DNA from: Bacteroidia bacterium | GTDB lineage: Bacteria > Bacteroidota > Bacteroidia > B-17B0 > Aurantibacillaceae | Length of the DNA stretch: 64,000 nucleotides | Assembly (NCBI GenBank): GCA_026415195.1 | Contig: JAOAHO010000008.1 | Location: forward strand, 7,178-71,177 | Direction of reading: 5' to 3' | Part shown: piece by piece, positions 9,523-20,518 of the stretch | Numbering within the stretch: position 1 is the first letter of the stretch | Layout: every line of letters begins with the position of its first letter | Position numbers and translations under genes: made by a program | The notes under the pieces: model-generated | What the model saw: the letters and a program-made list of their open reading frames with translations, nothing else | Database searches by the model: none | What the model was told of the DNA's origin: nothing

Positions 9523-11793
9523 TTAATCCCTTTTATTTTGAGCATCCACTACGGCAATGATGGCCATGTTCATAATTTCCCTGACACTACTTCCAAGCTG
9601 AAGTATGTGCACCGGCTTACGCAATCCCATTAAAATTGGGCCAATGGCTTCAGCACCGGCTAATTCCTGGATAAGCTTGTAGGCTATGTTGCCGGAGGCC
9701 AGATTAGGAAAAATCAGGGTATTCACATCTTCGTTGGCCAGATAGCTGAAAGGAAATTGTTCGTTAATCAGGGTTTTGTTCAGAGCAAAGTTGGCCTGAA
9801 TATCCCCGTCAACAATCAAACCGGGATAATTTTCATGAAGAATTTTAACGGCTTTCGAAACTTTGTCGGGTACTTCGCCTTTTACAGAACCAAAGTTGGA
9901 ATAGGAAAGCATGGCAATTTTGGGGCGAATATTAAATTGCTGAACCGTTTTGGCCGTTAGCAATGCTATTTCAACCAATTCTTCTGCCGTTGGATTTTCC
10001 GTCATAGTAGTATCGGCCAAAAACATTGGGCCTCTTTTGGTTATCAAAACATAAAGTCCTGCCACACGCTTTACATCTTGTTGAACTCCAATACATTCCA
10101 GTGCCGGGCGAATGGGGATGGCATATTTTCTTGCATATCCGCTAAGCATGGCATCGGCAAGTCCCACTTCCACCATCATGGCCCCAAAATAATTCCTGTC
10201 GCGCATAGAACGCACGGCATCATATAAAGTAAGCCCCTTTCTTTGTCTTTTCTTCCATAACATTTCCCCGAATTCTTTACGCTTATCTTCCGCTTCCAGA
10301 ATTGGGTCGATGATGGTCATGTCGGAGATATCAATGGAATGTTGCTCTGCGATTTTTTCAATTTTTTCCTTGTTGCCCAGCAAAATTGGTATGGCTATAC
10401 CCTCGTCGCGCACCATTTGTGCGGCTTTCAGAATTTTTTGCTGGTCGGCCTCGGCAAACACCAGGCGCTTGGGGTTTAACCTGGCTTTATTAGCCAAAGT
10501 GCGCATCAGTTTATTGTCCTTGCCCAAACGCGATTCCAGTTCATGGGCATAGGCCTCCCAGTCGGTTATTTTCCTGCGGGCCACACCGCTTTCAATGGCT
10601 GCTTTGGCAACGGCCACGGATACGGCCACGATTAACCGATTGTCAATGGGCTTGGGGATTATATACTCTGGTCCGAAGGATAATTTCTTTAAACCATAAG
10701 CCAGCAATACGTAATCGGGAACCGGTTCCCGTGCAAGTTCTGCAATGGCTTTGGTGGCTGCCAATTTCATCTCTTCATTTATGCAGGTGGCCCTGACATC
10801 AAGCGCCCCGCGGAAAATAAAAGGAAAACCCAGAACATTGTTCACCTGATTCGGATTATCGCTCCTGCCGGTTGCCACAATCGCATCGGGCCGGGCTTCC
10901 TTGGCTTCCTGATAAGATATTTCCGGAACAGGATTGGCTAATGCAAATACTATGGGCTTTTTCCCCATGCTTTTAATCATATCCTTAGTAAGAATGTTCC
11001 CTTTTGAAAGTCCTACAAATACATCCGCACCTTTTAATGCTTCTTCTAAGGTCAGATTTTTATCATGAGTTGCAAAAAAAATTTTATTTTCATCCAAATC
11101 TGTACGATTTTTATGCAACAGGCCTTTTGAATCGAACATGAAAATATTTTCTTTTTTTACACCAAGTGCCAGATACATTTTACTGCAGGAAATGGCTGAA
11201 GCTCCGGCTCCGTTGACCACAATTTTGATTTTTTCGGTTTTTTTTCCGGCCAGTTCAACGGCATTCAGCAAAGCAGCAGCCGAAATGATGGCCGTGCCAT
11301 GCTGGTCGTCGTGCATCAGCGGAATATCAAGTTCTTCTTTAAGACGCTTTTCAATATAGAAGCACTCAGGGGCTTTAATATCTTCCAGATTAATTCCGCC
11401 AAATGTAGGTGCAATATTTTTTACGGTCCTGACAAACTCTTCCGGGTCCTTGGCATCAATTTCAATATCGAATACATCAATATCGGCATAAATTTTAAAA
11501 AGCATTCCTTTGCCCTCCATCACGGGTTTGGATGCCAATGCCCCGATGTCGCCCAAACCCAAAACGGCTGTTCCGTTGGAAATTACGGCCACTAAATTTC
11601 CTTTGGAGGTATATCGGTATGCGTCTTCCGGATTATTTTGGATTTCAAGACAGGGTTCAGCCACTCCCGGGGAATAGGCCAATGTCAGGTCCCTTTGGGT
11701 GCTATAGGGCTTGGTGGGAACTACTTCGATTTTTCCAGGCCTTCCCGACTCATGGTAGTCCAGGGCATCCTTTCTTAGGTTTTTTTCAGACAT
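9523..11793 (-). CDS. maeB: NADP-dependent malic enzyme (malic enzyme domain plus phosphotransacetylase-like domain)
   Basis: 756 aa. The N-terminus [15 protein letters not shown]...[14 protein letters not shown] is typical, and a PTA-like C-terminal half is present. Confidence 0.9.
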   Translation of the reverse strand: MSEKNLRKDALDYHESGRPGKIEVVPTKPYSTQRDLTLAYSPGVAEPCLEIQNNPEDAYRYTSKGNLVAVISNGTAVLGLGDIGALASKPVMEGKGMLFKIYADIDVFDIEIDAKDPEEFVRTVKNIAPTFGGINLEDIKAPECFYIEKRLKEELDIPLMHDDQHGTAIISAAALLNAVELAGKKTEKIKIVVNGAGASAISCSKMYLALGVKKENIFMFDSKGLLHKNRTDLDENKIFFATHDKNLTLEEALKGADVFVGLSKGNILTKDMIKSMGKKPIVFALANPVPEISYQEAKEARPDAIVATGRSDNPNQVNNVLGFPFIFRGALDVRATCINEEMKLAATKAIAELAREPVPDYVLLAYGLKKLSFGPEYIIPKPIDNRLIVAVSVAVAKAAIESGVARRKITDWEAYAHELESRLGKDNKLMRTLANKARLNPKRLVFAEADQQKILKAAQMVRDEGIAIPILLGNKEKIEKIAEQHSIDISDMTIIDPILEAEDKRKEFGEMLWKKRQRKGLTLYDAVRSMRDRNYFGAMMVEVGLADAMLSGYARKYAIPIRPALECIGVQQDVKRVAGLYVLITKRGPMFLADTTMTENPTAEELVEIALLTAKTVQQFNIRPKIAMLSYSNFGSVKGEVPDKVSKAVKILHENYPGLIVDGDIQANFALNKTLINEQFPFSYLANEDVNTLIFPNLASGNIAYKLIQELAGAEAIGPILMGLRKPVHILQLGSSVREIMNMAIIAVVDAQNKRD

Positions 11794-11863
11794 AAAAAAC
11801 TTGAAGAAATGCGAATTTAATGAATTTTGACAATGCCTGGAAAATTGAGAAAAAGGTGTTTTT

Positions 11864-12370
11864 TTATTCTAAAAAAACGGAATATTCTTCTTTTTTATCC
11901 AACTTTGAAATAATATTTCCGGAAAGCGTGGTGGCCAAGGACATTCCTGCAATATCGGCTCGAACCGGAAATTTCAGGTGGTTGCGGTCAACCAAAACCA
12001 TGACTTTCAATGATTTAACTTGAATTCCCTGAAAAGCATGAAATAAATACCAGATCGTTCTGCCGGAGTTCAAGACATCATCCACAATCAAAACAGCTTT
12101 ATTTTCAATAGCTCCTTTGTCAGGAAAACCGTACAAGGGTTTCCATGGACTTTTTTTATCCACCACGACATCGAAATGTACCAGCTTATCAAAAAATTTA
12201 TTTTTTTTCATCTCCTCCAAAATCAACTTGCAAAGATGTGTGCCTTGGCCACTGATACTGATTAAGACTATCTCCGTTTCTTCGAAAAATTCTTCCTTGG
12301 CCTGATGAGCCATCCGTATTACTTTTTTCAGTATGGATTGATTGTCCAGTATTTTAACTGCCGGCTGCAT
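11864..12370 (-). CDS. PyrR-like phosphoribosyltransferase family protein
   Basis: 168 aa. It has the PRPP-binding loop VLIVDDVLNSGRT followed by VDRNHLKFPVRADIAG, a PyrR-like pattern. Confidence 0.7.
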   Translation of the reverse strand: MQPAVKILDNQSILKKVIRMAHQAKEEFFEETEIVLISISGQGTHLCKLILEEMKKNKFFDKLVHFDVVVDKKSPWKPLYGFPDKGAIENKAVLIVDDVLNSGRTIWYLFHAFQGIQVKSLKVMVLVDRNHLKFPVRADIAGMSLATTLSGNIISKLDKKEEYSVFLE

Positions 12371-13242
12371 CAGAACATAATTTCCTTTATTTTATTTCTT
12401 ACAATTTCATTCGGTGGCATTAAGGGCAGCCTTAGTTTTGGTTTGCAAATTTTCTTATATCCCAGTAAAGTTTTAATACCTCCCGGATTACCATCAGCAA
12501 AAAGCAAGTTGGTAATTTCCATGAGTTTGTAATGAAGCGGCCTGGCAGAGGCAAAATCTCCATTTAGTGCAAAGCGAACCATGCTTGAAAATTCTTTTGG
12601 GTAAGCATTAGCCACCACGGAAATAACACCTTGTCCTCCGCACGAAATGATGGGCAAGGTCAGATTATCGTCTCCGCTAAGCACCATAAAACCTTTTGGA
12701 GCATGGTGGATAATACGCATGATTTGCTCCATGTTTCCGCTGGCTTCTTTGGTAGCAACAATTTTTTTACACTCTTTTGCAATTCTTACTTGTGTTTCCC
12801 ACGATACATTGGAACCTGTACGGCCCGGCACATTGTAAAGAATAATCGGTTTTTTGGTAAGCCGGTTTAAATGTTTGTAATGTTCAAAATATCCTTCCTG
12901 ATTGGGTTTGTTGTAATAGGGTGCCACGGATAATATGGCTGTAATATCCTTCACATAAGGAAATTTAGTTATTTCATCGGCCACGTTATGCGTACAATTA
13001 CCTCCTATGCCATACACCAAGGGTACTTTATTGGAACTATATTTTCTGACGGCCTCGAATATTGCAAATTTTTCATCCTTACTCAATACCGGACTTTCGG
13101 CAGTAGTGCCCATTACTACTAAGTATTCAACGCTGCCTTTTATTACATGATTAACCAGTTTTTCAAGGGAATTGAAATCAATATCACCATTTTCATTAAA
13201 AGGAGTTACCAATGCAACTCCGGTGCCTCTAAGTTCTTTCAT
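12370..13242 (-). CDS. dapA: 4-hydroxy-tetrahydrodipicolinate synthase
   Basis: 290 aa. GVALVTPF...VVMGTTAES...ATKEASGN (catalytic Lys region) is typical of DapA. The stop shares one nucleotide with the downstream ATG. Confidence 0.9.
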   Translation of the reverse strand: MKELRGTGVALVTPFNENGDIDFNSLEKLVNHVIKGSVEYLVVMGTTAESPVLSKDEKFAIFEAVRKYSSNKVPLVYGIGGNCTHNVADEITKFPYVKDITAILSVAPYYNKPNQEGYFEHYKHLNRLTKKPIILYNVPGRTGSNVSWETQVRIAKECKKIVATKEASGNMEQIMRIIHHAPKGFMVLSGDDNLTLPIISCGGQGVISVVANAYPKEFSSMVRFALNGDFASARPLHYKLMEITNLLFADGNPGGIKTLLGYKKICKPKLRLPLMPPNEIVRNKIKEIMF

Positions 13243-13248
13243 TAAAAT

Positions 13249-13845
13249 TTACTTTAATTTTAAACTAATACCCAGATTCAAAAAGCTATAACCATAGCCC
13301 AATTCCAGATATCCACCGAATTTAGGTTTGAAAAAGTAACGTGCACCTGCCAACAGCCCCCAATATAAACGGGTATAAGAAACTCCGGAGTAAAAATAAT
13401 CCGGATCGCTTGATGTATAAGTAGCTATTCCATATCCCAACATTAACCCGCCATAAATGTCCAATGGCGTATCTTCCAGGGAATAATGTATGGTGGGTCT
13501 GAACCCGATATGAAACACACTCCAACGTTGCACTAGTTTGCTGTTCTTATAAACACCAGATTTTGTATAATAGACACCATTATACCGGTAGGACCAAGAA
13601 ACGAAACCTGTATAAGCACCTAATCCGATATCAATACCTTTATCGACATTATAAAATGAATAGTCTAAAGAAGCATTTATATAGGGCAACTGGCTGTAGC
13701 CGGAAGCAAACCAGCCATGTCCATAATACCCGCCTAATCCAAAACCTGCATTTAAAATTGCAGATTTGTTCTTGAACACGTAGTTTTCTTGTCCGTAAAT
13801 AGAAAAACAGATAAGGGAAAACAGGCAGAACATGTGCTTTTTCAT
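13249..13845 (-). CDS. Hypothetical secreted Gly/Tyr-rich protein, possibly a small outer-membrane beta-barrel
   Basis: 198 aa with an N-terminal signal peptide. It shows alternating aromatic/Gly strands and a C-terminal aromatic-rich segment. I recognise no family. Confidence 0.5.
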   Translation of the reverse strand: MKKHMFCLFSLICFSIYGQENYVFKNKSAILNAGFGLGGYYGHGWFASGYSQLPYINASLDYSFYNVDKGIDIGLGAYTGFVSWSYRYNGVYYTKSGVYKNSKLVQRWSVFHIGFRPTIHYSLEDTPLDIYGGLMLGYGIATYTSSDPDYFYSGVSYTRLYWGLLAGARYFFKPKFGGYLELGYGYSFLNLGISLKLK

Positions 13846-13899
13846 AAGCAGAGGATTTTTATGGTTTTCAGGTCAATATTAAAAAAAAATCAGCAATCG

Positions 13900-14958
13900 T
13901 TAATCAGGCAGAATTAACATGGCATCCCCATAACTGTAGAAGCGGTATTTTTCCTTAATGGCTTCCTTGTAAGCCTTCATAATCAATTCATAACCTCCAA
14001 AAGCACACACCATCATCAGCAAGGTGCTTTCGGGCATATGAAAATTTGTAACCATGCAATTGGCAATACTAAATTCATAAGGCGGATAAATGAATTTATT
14101 GGTCCAACCCATAAATGGATTGAGCGTTCCGTGTGTAGAAACCGATGACTCTATTGAGCGCATCACTGTGGTACCCACAGCACATACTTTTTTCTTTTTT
14201 TCTTTAGCAAGATTAACGATCTTGCACGTGTCGGCAGGAATGATGACTTCTTCACTTTCCATTTTGTGCTTAGATAGGTCCTCCACTTCCACAGGCTTGA
14301 AAGTTCCAAGCCCCACATGGAGGGTTATAGGTGTAAACTGTATTCCTTTAATTTCCATGCGCTTCAAAAGTTCGCGACTGAAGTGGAGCCCAGCAGTGGG
14401 AGCGGCAACGGCACCTTCATTTTTGGCATAAACGGTTTGATATCTTTCGGCATCCAAAGGCTCGGCTTTACGCTTAATGTATTTTGGTAAGGGGGTTTCG
14501 CCAAGTTTGTATAAAATGCTTCTGAATTCATCATAAGGCCCGTCATAAAGAAATCGCAACGTACGACCTCTGGAAGTGGTATTATCAATAACTTCGGCAA
14601 CGATCTCCGTGTCCCCCTGGCCGAAGTATAATTTATTTCCAATGCGGATTTTTCTTGCTGGATCCACCAAAACATCCCACAACCTCGACTCGGCATTGAG
14701 TTCCCTCAGGAGAAACACTTCAATTTTTGCTCCCGTTTTTTCTTTCAGTCCATAGAGGCGAGCAGGAAAAACTTTAGTGTCGTTAATGATAAATACATCC
14801 CCATCATCAAAATAATTGATGATGTCTTTGAACTTTTTATGTTCAATTTTTCCGGATTTTTTGTGAACCACCATCAGACGGGATTCTTCACGATTGGGTG
14901 CGGGATATTCTGCCACAAGATCTTTAGGCAAATTAAATTTGAACATGGAGAGCTTCAT
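13900..14958 (-). CDS. queA: tRNA preQ1(34) S-adenosylmethionine ribosyltransferase-isomerase
   Basis: 352 aa. [13 protein letters not shown]...SRLMV and AAPTAGLHF motifs are present. Confidence 0.92.
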   Translation of the reverse strand: MKLSMFKFNLPKDLVAEYPAPNREESRLMVVHKKSGKIEHKKFKDIINYFDDGDVFIINDTKVFPARLYGLKEKTGAKIEVFLLRELNAESRLWDVLVDPARKIRIGNKLYFGQGDTEIVAEVIDNTTSRGRTLRFLYDGPYDEFRSILYKLGETPLPKYIKRKAEPLDAERYQTVYAKNEGAVAAPTAGLHFSRELLKRMEIKGIQFTPITLHVGLGTFKPVEVEDLSKHKMESEEVIIPADTCKIVNLAKEKKKKVCAVGTTVMRSIESSVSTHGTLNPFMGWTNKFIYPPYEFSIANCMVTNFHMPESTLLMMVCAFGGYELIMKAYKEAIKEKYRFYSYGDAMLILPD

Positions 14959-15042
14959 ATCTTTTCGGATTTTAAATGATTAATGAATTTAAGAGAATAT
15001 TTTATCATATAATCTTACGGGATTATATTGAATTGAATTGAA

Positions 15043-15921
15043 TTAACTATTTAATGCTTCTGCTCCTGCCACAATTTCGAGGATTTCTTTGGTAATAGAT
15101 GCCTGACGGGCTTTGTTGTATGTGATTTTCAATTCACGTTGAAGTTCCTTTGCATTATCGGTGGCTTTGTGCATGGCGGTCATTCGTGCACCGTGTTCAC
15201 TTGCCAAAGAGTCCAGAACAGCTTTATATATCTGCGTTTTCAGCGAACGCGGTATTAAATCACTTAAAATTTTTTCTTTTTGAGGTTCAAAATCATATTC
15301 TGTTTTCGATGTTTTTCCGTTATCAGATGCAGTATTCACCGGCAGGAAATTTTCCACCACCGGGATTTGGACCGCCGGGTTTTTAAATTGATTATAAATG
15401 ATCACTATTCGTTCAAATTGCTTATTTAAAAAAACATTCATCAGTATTTCGGTAAATGCCGCAACATCATCAAATTTAGTTTTATCAACCAAATGATTTG
15501 CATGTGAAGGCAAGTCGGTTCCGTTAATGATATATTCGGTTTTCCGGAAGTAATCATAGGCTTTTTTTCCGATCGGAAGCACCGTAATTCTTTTTCCCTT
15601 TCCTTCGGATTCAATAAATGCTTTGGTTTTTTTAATGATATTGGAATTAAAAGGGCCGGCAAGGCCGCGATTGGAAGTTATAGGAATTATTAAAACACTG
15701 TTGTTGGAATGATTAGCCGAAAACGGATTTTCATAAGCATCTAAACCCGCACTGATGTTCTGATGAATTTCTTTCAGTTTTTGGGCATAAGGCCTGAGTT
15801 GTAGAATTGCATCCTGTGCCCTGCGAAGCTTAGCAGCACTCACCATTTTCATGGCACTGGTGATCTGCATGGTGGAAGACACGGAATTAATCCTGTTACG
15901 TATTTCCTTTAAGCTGGGCAT
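15043..15921 (-). CDS. atpG: F0F1 ATP synthase subunit gamma
   Basis: 292 aa. MPSLKEIRNRINSV..T.QIT.AMKMVSAAKLRRAQ and the C-terminal ITKEILEIV.GAEAL are typical. Confidence 0.93.
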   Translation of the reverse strand: MPSLKEIRNRINSVSSTMQITSAMKMVSAAKLRRAQDAILQLRPYAQKLKEIHQNISAGLDAYENPFSANHSNNSVLIIPITSNRGLAGPFNSNIIKKTKAFIESEGKGKRITVLPIGKKAYDYFRKTEYIINGTDLPSHANHLVDKTKFDDVAAFTEILMNVFLNKQFERIVIIYNQFKNPAVQIPVVENFLPVNTASDNGKTSKTEYDFEPQKEKILSDLIPRSLKTQIYKAVLDSLASEHGARMTAMHKATDNAKELQRELKITYNKARQASITKEILEIVAGAEALNS

Positions 15922-15924
15922 AGA

Positions 15925-17514
15925 TTATTTGGATTCGTATTTGGGAAGTAATTCTTTAACACATGCTTCAATCTGAGATGTAAGATGGTCATCATACTGA
16001 CCAGATTTCAATGCATCGAGACAAGCCTTATACTTTACCTCCATTTTTTCCAGGAATTCTTTTTCAAATTCCCTGACTCTGCCAACGGGAACATTTCTCA
16101 GCAGATTTTTGGTGCCCACATAGATAATGGCAATTTGTTGTTCCACACGTAATGGAGAAAATTGGTTTTGCTTCAGAATTTCCACATTCCTTGCCCCCTT
16201 GTCCAGAATCGATTTTGTGGCGGCATCCAGATCCGAACCAAACTTGGCAAAAGCCTCCAGTTCACGGTATTGTGCCTGGTCGAGTTTAAGGGTTCCGGCC
16301 ACTTTTTTCATGGATTTAATCTGCGCATTCCCCCCCACACGCGAGACGGAAATTCCCACATTTATGGCAGGCCGTACACCGGCATTGAACAAGTTCGACT
16401 CAAGGAATATTTGTCCGTCGGTAATGGAAATAACATTGGTTGGAATATAGGCCGATACATCTCCGGCTTGAGTTTCGATAATGGGAAGAGCTGTAAGTGA
16501 ACCTCCGCCTTTTACCATATGTTTTATGGAGTCGGGCAGATCATTCATTTGCCTGGCAATTTCATCGCTGGAATTGATTTTAGCGGCACGTTCCAGTAAA
16601 CGGGAATGTAAATAGAACACGTCACCCGGATAGGCCTCACGTCCTGGAGGACGACGAAGCAACAAAGATACTTCACGATAGGCTACTGCCTGCTTTGAAA
16701 GATCATCATAGACGATTAAGGCCGGGCGACCGGTATCCCTGAAAAATTCACCAATGGCGGCCCCGGCAAAGGGAGCGTAGAATTGCATCGGAGCAGGATC
16801 AGATGCATTGGCAGCCACCACGATGGTATAGGGCATGGCGCCTTTTTCTTCCAATGTCCTGACGATGGAAGCCACAGTAGAGCCCTTTTGTCCAACGGCA
16901 ACATAAATACAATAAACTGGCTTTCCGGCTTCGTAAAATTCTTTTTGGTTGATAATAGTGTCAATACAAACGGCTGTCTTGCCCGTTTGACGATCGCCAA
17001 TTACCAATTCCCGCTGTCCGCGCCCGATGGGGATCATGGCATCTATGGCCTTGATGCCGGTTTGAAGAGGTTCGTTCACAGGCTGCCGATAAATAACTCC
17101 TGGCGCTTTGCGTTCTATGGGCATTTCGTATAAATCACCCTTAATGGGGCCTTTTCCGTCAATCGGGTTACCAAGTGCGTCCACCACACGGCCCAACATC
17201 CCCTCTCCCACTCTAATTGAGGCAATCCTGCCGGTTCTTTTCACCGTGGCTCCCTCCTTAATTCCTTTTCCATCGCCAAGCAAAACCACGCCAACATTGT
17301 CGGTTTCAAGGTTAAGTGCGATGGCCTTCAGGCCGTTTTCGAATTCCACCAATTCGCCGGACTGGACTTTATTCAATCCATAAATGCGCGCAATTCCATC
17401 ACCCACTTCCAATACCGTGCCCACTTCCTCGAGTTCAGCCTCGGTTCTTGAACCGGCTAATTGTTCCCTTAAGATTGCCGAAATCTCGGCCGGACTTATT
17501 TCTGCCATAATCAA
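15925..17514 (-). CDS. atpA: F0F1 ATP synthase subunit alpha
   Basis: 529 aa with the Walker A motif GDRQTGKT and alpha-subunit signature blocks. The true start may be the second ATG at 17508. Confidence 0.95.
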   Translation of the reverse strand: MIMAEISPAEISAILREQLAGSRTEAELEEVGTVLEVGDGIARIYGLNKVQSGELVEFENGLKAIALNLETDNVGVVLLGDGKGIKEGATVKRTGRIASIRVGEGMLGRVVDALGNPIDGKGPIKGDLYEMPIERKAPGVIYRQPVNEPLQTGIKAIDAMIPIGRGQRELVIGDRQTGKTAVCIDTIINQKEFYEAGKPVYCIYVAVGQKGSTVASIVRTLEEKGAMPYTIVVAANASDPAPMQFYAPFAGAAIGEFFRDTGRPALIVYDDLSKQAVAYREVSLLLRRPPGREAYPGDVFYLHSRLLERAAKINSSDEIARQMNDLPDSIKHMVKGGGSLTALPIIETQAGDVSAYIPTNVISITDGQIFLESNLFNAGVRPAINVGISVSRVGGNAQIKSMKKVAGTLKLDQAQYRELEAFAKFGSDLDAATKSILDKGARNVEILKQNQFSPLRVEQQIAIIYVGTKNLLRNVPVGRVREFEKEFLEKMEVKYKACLDALKSGQYDDHLTSQIEACVKELLPKYESK

Positions 17515-18060
17515 TTAATTTAACGTTATTGGGGTTTGTTCAAAATTTTTTCTTATTTTACTTAGCATCCCGTGAATACTCATATCCAACTGCATCGAAT
17601 CTACATTCACCACAAAACCTCCGATCAGACTCTCATCTACCGAAAAATGAAAATCAAGTTCACCGTCAATTTTTTTCTTCAGTTTGCTTTGGATTAATTT
17701 TTTTTCATCGGCACTTAGTTCTACCGCGCTTTTGACATATACATCTTTGATGTTCTTATGCTTTTTAAAAACAGATTCGTACGCTGAAAATATTTCTCTG
17801 ATTTTCGATGCTCTTTTCTTTTGAATTATTAATGTGATAAATGACAGCGTTAAATTTGAAACTTTATCCTTGAAAAGTTTTCCGACAATTTTAATCTTTT
17901 TATCCACATGAAAAATCGGATTGGATATTACCGATGACAGTTCCGCTGATTGAGAAAGCGCTTTTAATACCAATTTTGTGTCGGCCAAGACCACATCTTC
18001 ATTTTTTTGTTCAGTGGCCAATATTAAAAGGGCTTTGGCATATCGTTCCGAAAGCGTCAT
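17515..18060 (-). CDS. atpH: F0F1 ATP synthase subunit delta
   Basis: 181 aa in an OSCP-like position between atpF and atpA. The N-terminus is RYAKALL. Confidence 0.85.
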   Translation of the reverse strand: MTLSERYAKALLILATEQKNEDVVLADTKLVLKALSQSAELSSVISNPIFHVDKKIKIVGKLFKDKVSNLTLSFITLIIQKKRASKIREIFSAYESVFKKHKNIKDVYVKSAVELSADEKKLIQSKLKKKIDGELDFHFSVDESLIGGFVVNVDSMQLDMSIHGMLSKIRKNFEQTPITLN

Positions 18061-18063
18061 GTA

Positions 18064-18570
18064 TCAATTTGGATTAAGTTGTTCGCAAAGGTTTTTAACA
18101 ATATTTCTTTGTTTTTCTTTATCGGAAAGCTCTGATTTCAAAATTTTTTCAGCAATTTCAAGTGAGAGTGCGGCAACTTGTGATTTTAAATCATTCAGAA
18201 CAGCATTTTTTTCCGATTGGATTTGTGCCCTGGCATTTGCCAAAATTTTATCGGCCTCGACCTGAGCCTGCTTTTTAGAATCATTGATAATTTTATCCCT
18301 GATTTCCCTAGCTTCTTTTAAGATTTTTTCACTTTCGACACGGGCTTCGGCCAGTATCTTTTCCCCTTCCGATTTTAATTGCTCCAATGATTTTTTAGCT
18401 TCTTCAGCCTTTTGAATTGATGCTTCAATATTTCTTTCCCTGTTTTCAATGGCATTCAAAATTGGCTTCCAAGCATATTTTGCTAACAGAAATAAAAGTA
18501 ACAAAAAAACCAGCGTGGTCCAAAATATAAGGCCCACTGAAGGAGTAATCAATGCATTCAGGATTATCAT
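18064..18570 (-). CDS. atpF: F0F1 ATP synthase subunit B
   Basis: A single N-terminal TM helix is followed by a long charged coiled coil. I place the start at the internal ATG (MIILNAL..., 18570). The longer track ORF would overlap atpE. Confidence 0.85.
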   Translation of the reverse strand: MIILNALITPSVGLIFWTTLVFLLLLFLLAKYAWKPILNAIENRERNIEASIQKAEEAKKSLEQLKSEGEKILAEARVESEKILKEAREIRDKIINDSKKQAQVEADKILANARAQIQSEKNAVLNDLKSQVAALSLEIAEKILKSELSDKEKQRNIVKNLCEQLNPN

Positions 18571-18625
18571 ACTATAATTTTTTTTCAAATTTAAAAGCCC
18601 TTCGTTAGTCACGAAGGGCATTTTT

Positions 18626-18886
<261 letters not shown>

Positions 18887-20014
18887 TTAATGATGCCCTT
18901 CCGCATGTTCATGTTCAGCTACAGCTGAACCAATAAACAATGCAGACAACATCGTAAAGACGTAAGCCTGCAAAAACGCAACCAAACATTCCAAAATATC
19001 AATAAACAATGCGAAAGCCACAGAAACAGGACTTATCCAAATGGTTTTAAAAATGAAAATCAAACCAATAAGTGAAATAATTATAATATGTCCGGCCGAC
19101 ATATTGGCAAAAAGACGAATCATCAATGCAAAAGGCTTTGTGAAAATACCAAGGAACTCCAAAGGTATTAGAATAGGCCACAACCAAACCGGTCCCGGTG
19201 GCATAAATATGTGCTTCCAATATCCGGCGTTAGCTGAAATGTTTGTTATTAAAAATGTAATTACTGCCAAAACAAATGTGAATGCAATATTTCCGGAAAC
19301 ATTCGCTCCGATTGGAATCAAACCAAAAATATTATTGATAAGAATAAGAAAAAACACCGTTAGTAAATATGGCATGAATTTATGATACTTAGGCCCGATA
19401 TTAGGAATGGCAATTTCATCGCGAATAAAAACAATTAATGGTTCCAGTATGGAAGCCGAACCTTTGGGTACTACTTTCTCACCCATTGCGGCATATCTTC
19501 TGGCCATAGAAATAAAAAGAAACAACATCAAACCGGCCACCAATAACAATTGTGTAACATTTTTGGTGATGCTGAAATCCAATGGGGCATCGTTCAAAAT
19601 TTCATGATTCTCTCCAGTCGTTATGTATCTGCCTTCCGGGTCAGGGCTTTCAGAAGCATAAAAGATTTTTTCATGATAATTCACAAATCGGTATCCCTCT
19701 TTTTCTACTACCACTTTACCTTCAATATCATGATGAAATGCTGAGGATGAAAAAATCACCAACCCCTTCTTTGTTTTAAGAATTACCGGCAAAGGAATGG
19801 ATACAGCCTGGTGCCCTTCCCCCCATAAATGCCAGGAATGCGAATCCAGAATATGTTCAAATGCAATTTCAGAAATATTTAATTCCTTTTTATTATGATG
19901 GGATTCGGAGATGGATAGTTGCCCTTTTGTAATCTCTTCCTGTTCAATAGGCTCAGAGCAATAACATTGGAAGGCAAAAATGAATATGGAAAAAATAACA
20001 GAAACTTTCTTCAT
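18887..20014 (-). CDS. atpB: F0F1 ATP synthase subunit A (with the long N-terminal extension common in Bacteroidota)
   Basis: 375 aa. The C-terminal half carries the conserved LMIRLFANM..GH and LQAYVF motifs. Confidence 0.9.
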   Translation of the reverse strand: MKKVSVIFSIFIFAFQCYCSEPIEQEEITKGQLSISESHHNKKELNISEIAFEHILDSHSWHLWGEGHQAVSIPLPVILKTKKGLVIFSSSAFHHDIEGKVVVEKEGYRFVNYHEKIFYASESPDPEGRYITTGENHEILNDAPLDFSITKNVTQLLLVAGLMLFLFISMARRYAAMGEKVVPKGSASILEPLIVFIRDEIAIPNIGPKYHKFMPYLLTVFFLILINNIFGLIPIGANVSGNIAFTFVLAVITFLITNISANAGYWKHIFMPPGPVWLWPILIPLEFLGIFTKPFALMIRLFANMSAGHIIIISLIGLIFIFKTIWISPVSVAFALFIDILECLVAFLQAYVFTMLSALFIGSAVAEHEHAEGHH

Positions 20015-20028
20015 TAAAAATTCGGGCG

Positions 20029-20036
20029 CAAATATA
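20029..20036 (-). promoter_or_regulatory. Candidate Bacteroidota -7 promoter box TATATTTG upstream of the atp operon
   Basis: Exact match to TAnnTTTG on the minus strand, 14 nt upstream of the atpB ATG. No convincing -33 element was seen. Confidence 0.4.
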
Positions 20037-20096
20037 GAGTAAAATTGAATTATTTTGAAAAAACTACTGAAATTTGATACTTAATTTTTATTAACA

Positions 20097-20513
20097 ATGA
20101 ACTACTGGTTAATGAAATCCGAACCTTTTATATATAGTTGGCAACAACTAATGAAAGACGGAAAAACCTGTTGGGACGGGGTCAGGAATTACCTTGCTCG
20201 GAACAACATGAAAAGTATGAAAAAGGGGGATTTGGCATTATTTTACCATAGCAATGAAGGCTTAGAAGTTGCTGGAGTTATGGAAATTATTAAAGAGGCA
20301 TATCCTGACCCCACCACAACCGAAACGGCATGGGTGGCGGTTGACGTTAGGCCTGTAAAATCATTTTCAAAGCCCGTCAGCCTGAAGCAGATGAAAGCCG
20401 ACCCAAAGCTCCAAAACATGGAGATGTTCCGTTTGAATCGTTTGTCGGTATGTAAACTTACCAAGCAGGAATTTGTACATATTTGCAAATTAGGCGGAAT
20501 CTCTAAAACCTGA
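20097..20513 (+). CDS. EVE (PUA-like) domain protein
   Basis: 138 aa. NYWLMKSEP...W.GVRNY.ARNNM..MK.GD...FYHS is typical of the EVE domain. Confidence 0.85.
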   Translation: MNYWLMKSEPFIYSWQQLMKDGKTCWDGVRNYLARNNMKSMKKGDLALFYHSNEGLEVAGVMEIIKEAYPDPTTTETAWVAVDVRPVKSFSKPVSLKQMKADPKLQNMEMFRLNRLSVCKLTKQEFVHICKLGGISKT

Positions 20514-20518
20514 ACCAC

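Noticed and set aside
15028-15044. A short tandem repeat (TTGAA x3) at the 3' end of atpG.
   Set aside because: Only three copies of a 5-mer in AT-rich DNA, with no evidence of function.
14090-17510. Numerous 60-120-aa opposite-strand or off-frame ORFs within queA, atpG and atpA. Similar ones occur within maeB, sprA, thiC and acn.
   Set aside because: Each is nested in a longer ORF with strong family signatures, so they are typical shadow ORFs.
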